Origin: Candidatus Omnitrophota bacterium
Lineage (GTDB): Bacteria; Omnitrophota; Gorgyraeia; Gygaellales; Profunditerraquicolaceae
Reading direction: 5' to 3'
Assembly: GCA_040754615.1 (NCBI GenBank)
Contig: JBFMBZ010000044.1
Coordinates: forward strand, 1-60,066
DNA: 60,066 nt
Numbering within the stretch: the stretch's first letter is position 1; each line of letters begins with the position of its first letter. Shown here one piece after another: positions 57,994 to 60,066 of the stretch. The translations under genes were made by a program, and so were the position numbers. The notes beneath the pieces are model-generated. The model ran no database searches. It was given only the letters and a program-made list of their open reading frames with translations, and had not been told where the DNA came from.

Positions 57994-59157
57994 TTATTTC
58001 TTCTCGTATAGAGGAGACATGGCGCGTAACTTGTTGACGACTTTGGGCAGGTTTTCTAAGAGGTATTCTATATCTTCGGGCTTAGTCCATCTCCCCAGGG
58101 TAATCCTTAATGAGCCGTGGGCAATCTCGTGAGAAAGGCCTATCGCCAGGAGCACGTGCGAAGGCTCTAAGGAGCTTGAGGTGCAGGCAGAGCCGGTTGA
58201 ACAGGCAATGCCCAGCATATCCAAACTCAGCAGGATAGATTCCCCCTCAATATACTTGATGGAGAAATTGACGTTGTTCGGAAGCCTGTTATTCGGGTGG
58301 CCATTAAGGTAGACCTCCGGGATTTTTTCCTGAATCTCTTTTATCAATTTATCCCGCAGCGAAATCTGGTATTTTGTTTCGTCAGCCATAGACCCTTTAC
58401 ACAATTCAATTGCCCGGCCCAGGCCGGCTATGCCGCTGGTATTGTGCGTGGATGCGCGCCTGCCTCTTTCCTGGTCGCCTCCGTGCAGGAAACGCTCTAT
58501 GCGCACACCCTTCCTGATATATAAGGCCCCGATACCCTTGGGTGCGTAAAACTTATGGCCGGAAAGAGAGAGCAAGTCCGTATTCAGTTGATTTACATCA
58601 ACCGGGATATGCCCGACGGTTTGCACGGCGTCAGTATGAAAATAAATTCCTTTTTCTTTGGCTATTCTTCCTATATCTGCAATGGGCTGGATGACCCCTA
58701 TTTCATTATTGGCATGCATAATTGTAATCAGGATGGTTTTATCGGTAATTGCCTTTTTTACATCCTCGGGAGAAACCTGTCCATACTTATCCACATTGAC
58801 ATAGCTTACTTTAAACCCCTGGCTCTCTAAAAATTTGCACGGCTCGGTTACCGCATGATGCTCGATAGCAGAGGTAATAATATGATTGCCTTTTTCTCGC
58901 AGCGCGTATACCACGCCTTTAACCGCAAAATTATTTGACTCTGTGCCTCCGGAAGTAAAGACGATTTCTTCGGGCTTTGCGCCGATAAATGAAGCGAGGG
59001 ATTCCCGGGCATCCTCAATTGCCTTCTTTGCCTCTTGGCCAAAAGAATGGATACTTGAGGGGTTTCCGAATTTCTCGAAGAAATAAGGCTCCATCGCCTT
59101 TATAACTTCGGGGTCTGTGGGAGTGGTTGCCGCATAATCCAAATATACTCTTTTCAT
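57994..59157 (-). CDS. Cysteine desulfurase (NifS/IscS family, PLP-dependent)
   Basis: SGHKFYAPKGIGALY (PLP Lys), HTDAVQ and the STGSACTS catalytic Cys loop. 387 aa. Confidence 0.9.
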   Translation of the reverse strand: MKRVYLDYAATTPTDPEVIKAMEPYFFEKFGNPSSIHSFGQEAKKAIEDARESLASFIGAKPEEIVFTSGGTESNNFAVKGVVYALREKGNHIITSAIEHHAVTEPCKFLESQGFKVSYVNVDKYGQVSPEDVKKAITDKTILITIMHANNEIGVIQPIADIGRIAKEKGIYFHTDAVQTVGHIPVDVNQLNTDLLSLSGHKFYAPKGIGALYIRKGVRIERFLHGGDQERGRRASTHNTSGIAGLGRAIELCKGSMADETKYQISLRDKLIKEIQEKIPEVYLNGHPNNRLPNNVNFSIKYIEGESILLSLDMLGIACSTGSACTSSSLEPSHVLLAIGLSHEIAHGSLRITLGRWTKPEDIEYLLENLPKVVNKLRAMSPLYEKK

Positions 59158-59969
59158 CTTTTTGTCTGTGCCACTGCTATGTTCATGCTCCCGCTACGGT
59201 ATCCTTCCAAATCCACTGTTATGTAATTATATCCTAATTTTTTTAATTTGTCGATTACCTGTATGTGTTTATTTATTAAGCGCCCGATCTCTTTCTTGGG
59301 GACCTCGATGCGGCATAAGCCGTCATAATGCCTTAATCTCACCTGCTTAAAGCCCATCCTCCTTAATACAGACTCTGCGCAACTTACTTTACGTAATATC
59401 CTTTCTGAGATACGGGCTCCGTAGGGTATCCGGGAGGCAAGGCAGGCCTGCTCTGGCTTATCCCACGTAGAAAGGCGAAGTTTTCTGCTTAAGAAACGTA
59501 TTTCCTTTTTGGTTAAGCTTGCCTCTGCAAGCGGAGAACGCACCCCCAATTCCTTCTTGGCTTTATTGCCCGGGCGATAATCTTTTTTATCCGAAGCATT
59601 GCTTGCATCTATAACAAATTCAAGGCCGGACTCTCCGGCTATCTCTTTAAGCCTGCCGAAGAGCTCCAGTTTACAAAAATAACAGCGGTTAGCGGGATTG
59701 GCGGTAAACCTTTTATCTTTTAATTCGCGCGTATTTATTACGCGATGGCGCACGCTTATAGCCCTGGTAAATTCTTTCGCCGAATCAAGCTCCCGGGGCG
59801 TATAGGTAGGTGAATTTGCCGTAACCGCAAGGAGCCTGTTTCTGGGCAATATCCCTGACGCCACATAAAGCAAGAATGAACTATCCGTCCCGCCTGAAAA
59901 AGCTACCAAACAGGAATGCATATCTTTAAGGGTTTTTTTTAATCTGTCCAGTTTTTCTTGCGGGTCCAT
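59154..59969 (-). CDS. larE: PP-loop ATP pyrophosphatase, LarE-like sulfur transferase
   Basis: LVAFSGGTDSSFLL PP-loop, RCYFCK and ACLASRIPYG motifs. 271 aa. ATGA overlap with the cysteine desulfurase gene. Confidence 0.7.
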   Translation of the reverse strand: MDPQEKLDRLKKTLKDMHSCLVAFSGGTDSSFLLYVASGILPRNRLLAVTANSPTYTPRELDSAKEFTRAISVRHRVINTRELKDKRFTANPANRCYFCKLELFGRLKEIAGESGLEFVIDASNASDKKDYRPGNKAKKELGVRSPLAEASLTKKEIRFLSRKLRLSTWDKPEQACLASRIPYGARISERILRKVSCAESVLRRMGFKQVRLRHYDGLCRIEVPKKEIGRLINKHIQVIDKLKKLGYNYITVDLEGYRSGSMNIAVAQTKR

Positions 59970-59971
59970 GC

Positions 59972-60066
59972 TTAGAAGTGCACTTCCATTGCGCGGGTAG
60001 GGCAGACTTTAACGCAGAGCTCGCAGGCAATACATTTATTATCGTAAAAATGCACCTTGCGCGTAT
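59972..60066 (-). CDS. Partial CDS (C-terminal 30 aa): 4Fe-4S ferredoxin-type domain protein
   Basis: Hand translation of the minus strand gives ...[30 protein letters not shown], which carries CxxCxxCxxxCP. It runs off the window edge and stops 2 nt before the larE start. Confidence 0.55.
   Translation of the reverse strand, partial: TRKVHFYDNKCIACELCVKVCPTRAMEVHF

Overview
This is a 60-kb bacterial chromosomal segment of moderate to low GC. Gene content suggests an uncultivated anaerobe, but the sequence alone does not support a taxonomic call. Every credible gene lies on the minus strand (about 70 CDS plus one tRNA-Phe). They are packed into long operons with many ATGA or few-nt start/stop overlaps. 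All plus-strand ORFs in the track look like shadow ORFs.

Content in coordinate order:
1. 25-5990: a two-component/phosphorelay operon. It holds an XRE regulator, an ACP, a CrtI-like flavoprotein, a 7TM-GAF histidine kinase, three receiver proteins and a small helical protein.
2. 6098-6365: tRNA-Phe(GAA) with two terminators and a nearby tRNA 5' fragment.
3. 6480-9827: housekeeping genes (pssA, a lipoprotein, an NSS transporter, a hydrogenase maturation protease, a PC4-like protein).
4. 9854-20518: a type IV pilus cluster (PilP-like, PilO, a PilM-PilN fusion, three minor pilins, a YfhO-like GT-C membrane protein, the major pilin, PilC, PilB).
5. 20538-25408: four tandem CheY-like genes, a Cache-HAMP-PAS histidine kinase ending in a degenerate GGDEF domain, and a PAS protein.
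6. 26395-29862: a c-di-GMP-I riboswitch with its own promoter and terminator. It precedes a GH1 glycosidase and a protein with cNMP-binding, ParA-like and patatin domains.
7. 31628-43274: a 16-gene group-4 [NiFe]-hydrogenase/Mrp-antiporter operon preceded by a HydB/HydG-like NAD(P)H module.
8. 43496-54031: a long housekeeping operon (yqeY, PfkB kinase, uppP, an acyl-ligase/ACP/PlsC fusion, MFS, CPBP protease, RluA, nadA, mnmA).
9. 54117-60066: a cold-shock gene, a secreted EF-hand protein, a TonB-dependent receptor, birA, a cysteine desulfurase, LarE and a partial ferredoxin.

Several near-consensus sigma70 promoters, intrinsic terminators and unusual leader or operator repeats are visible. 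All product calls come from motifs I can read in the translations. No database search was possible, so family-level names need HMM or BLAST confirmation.
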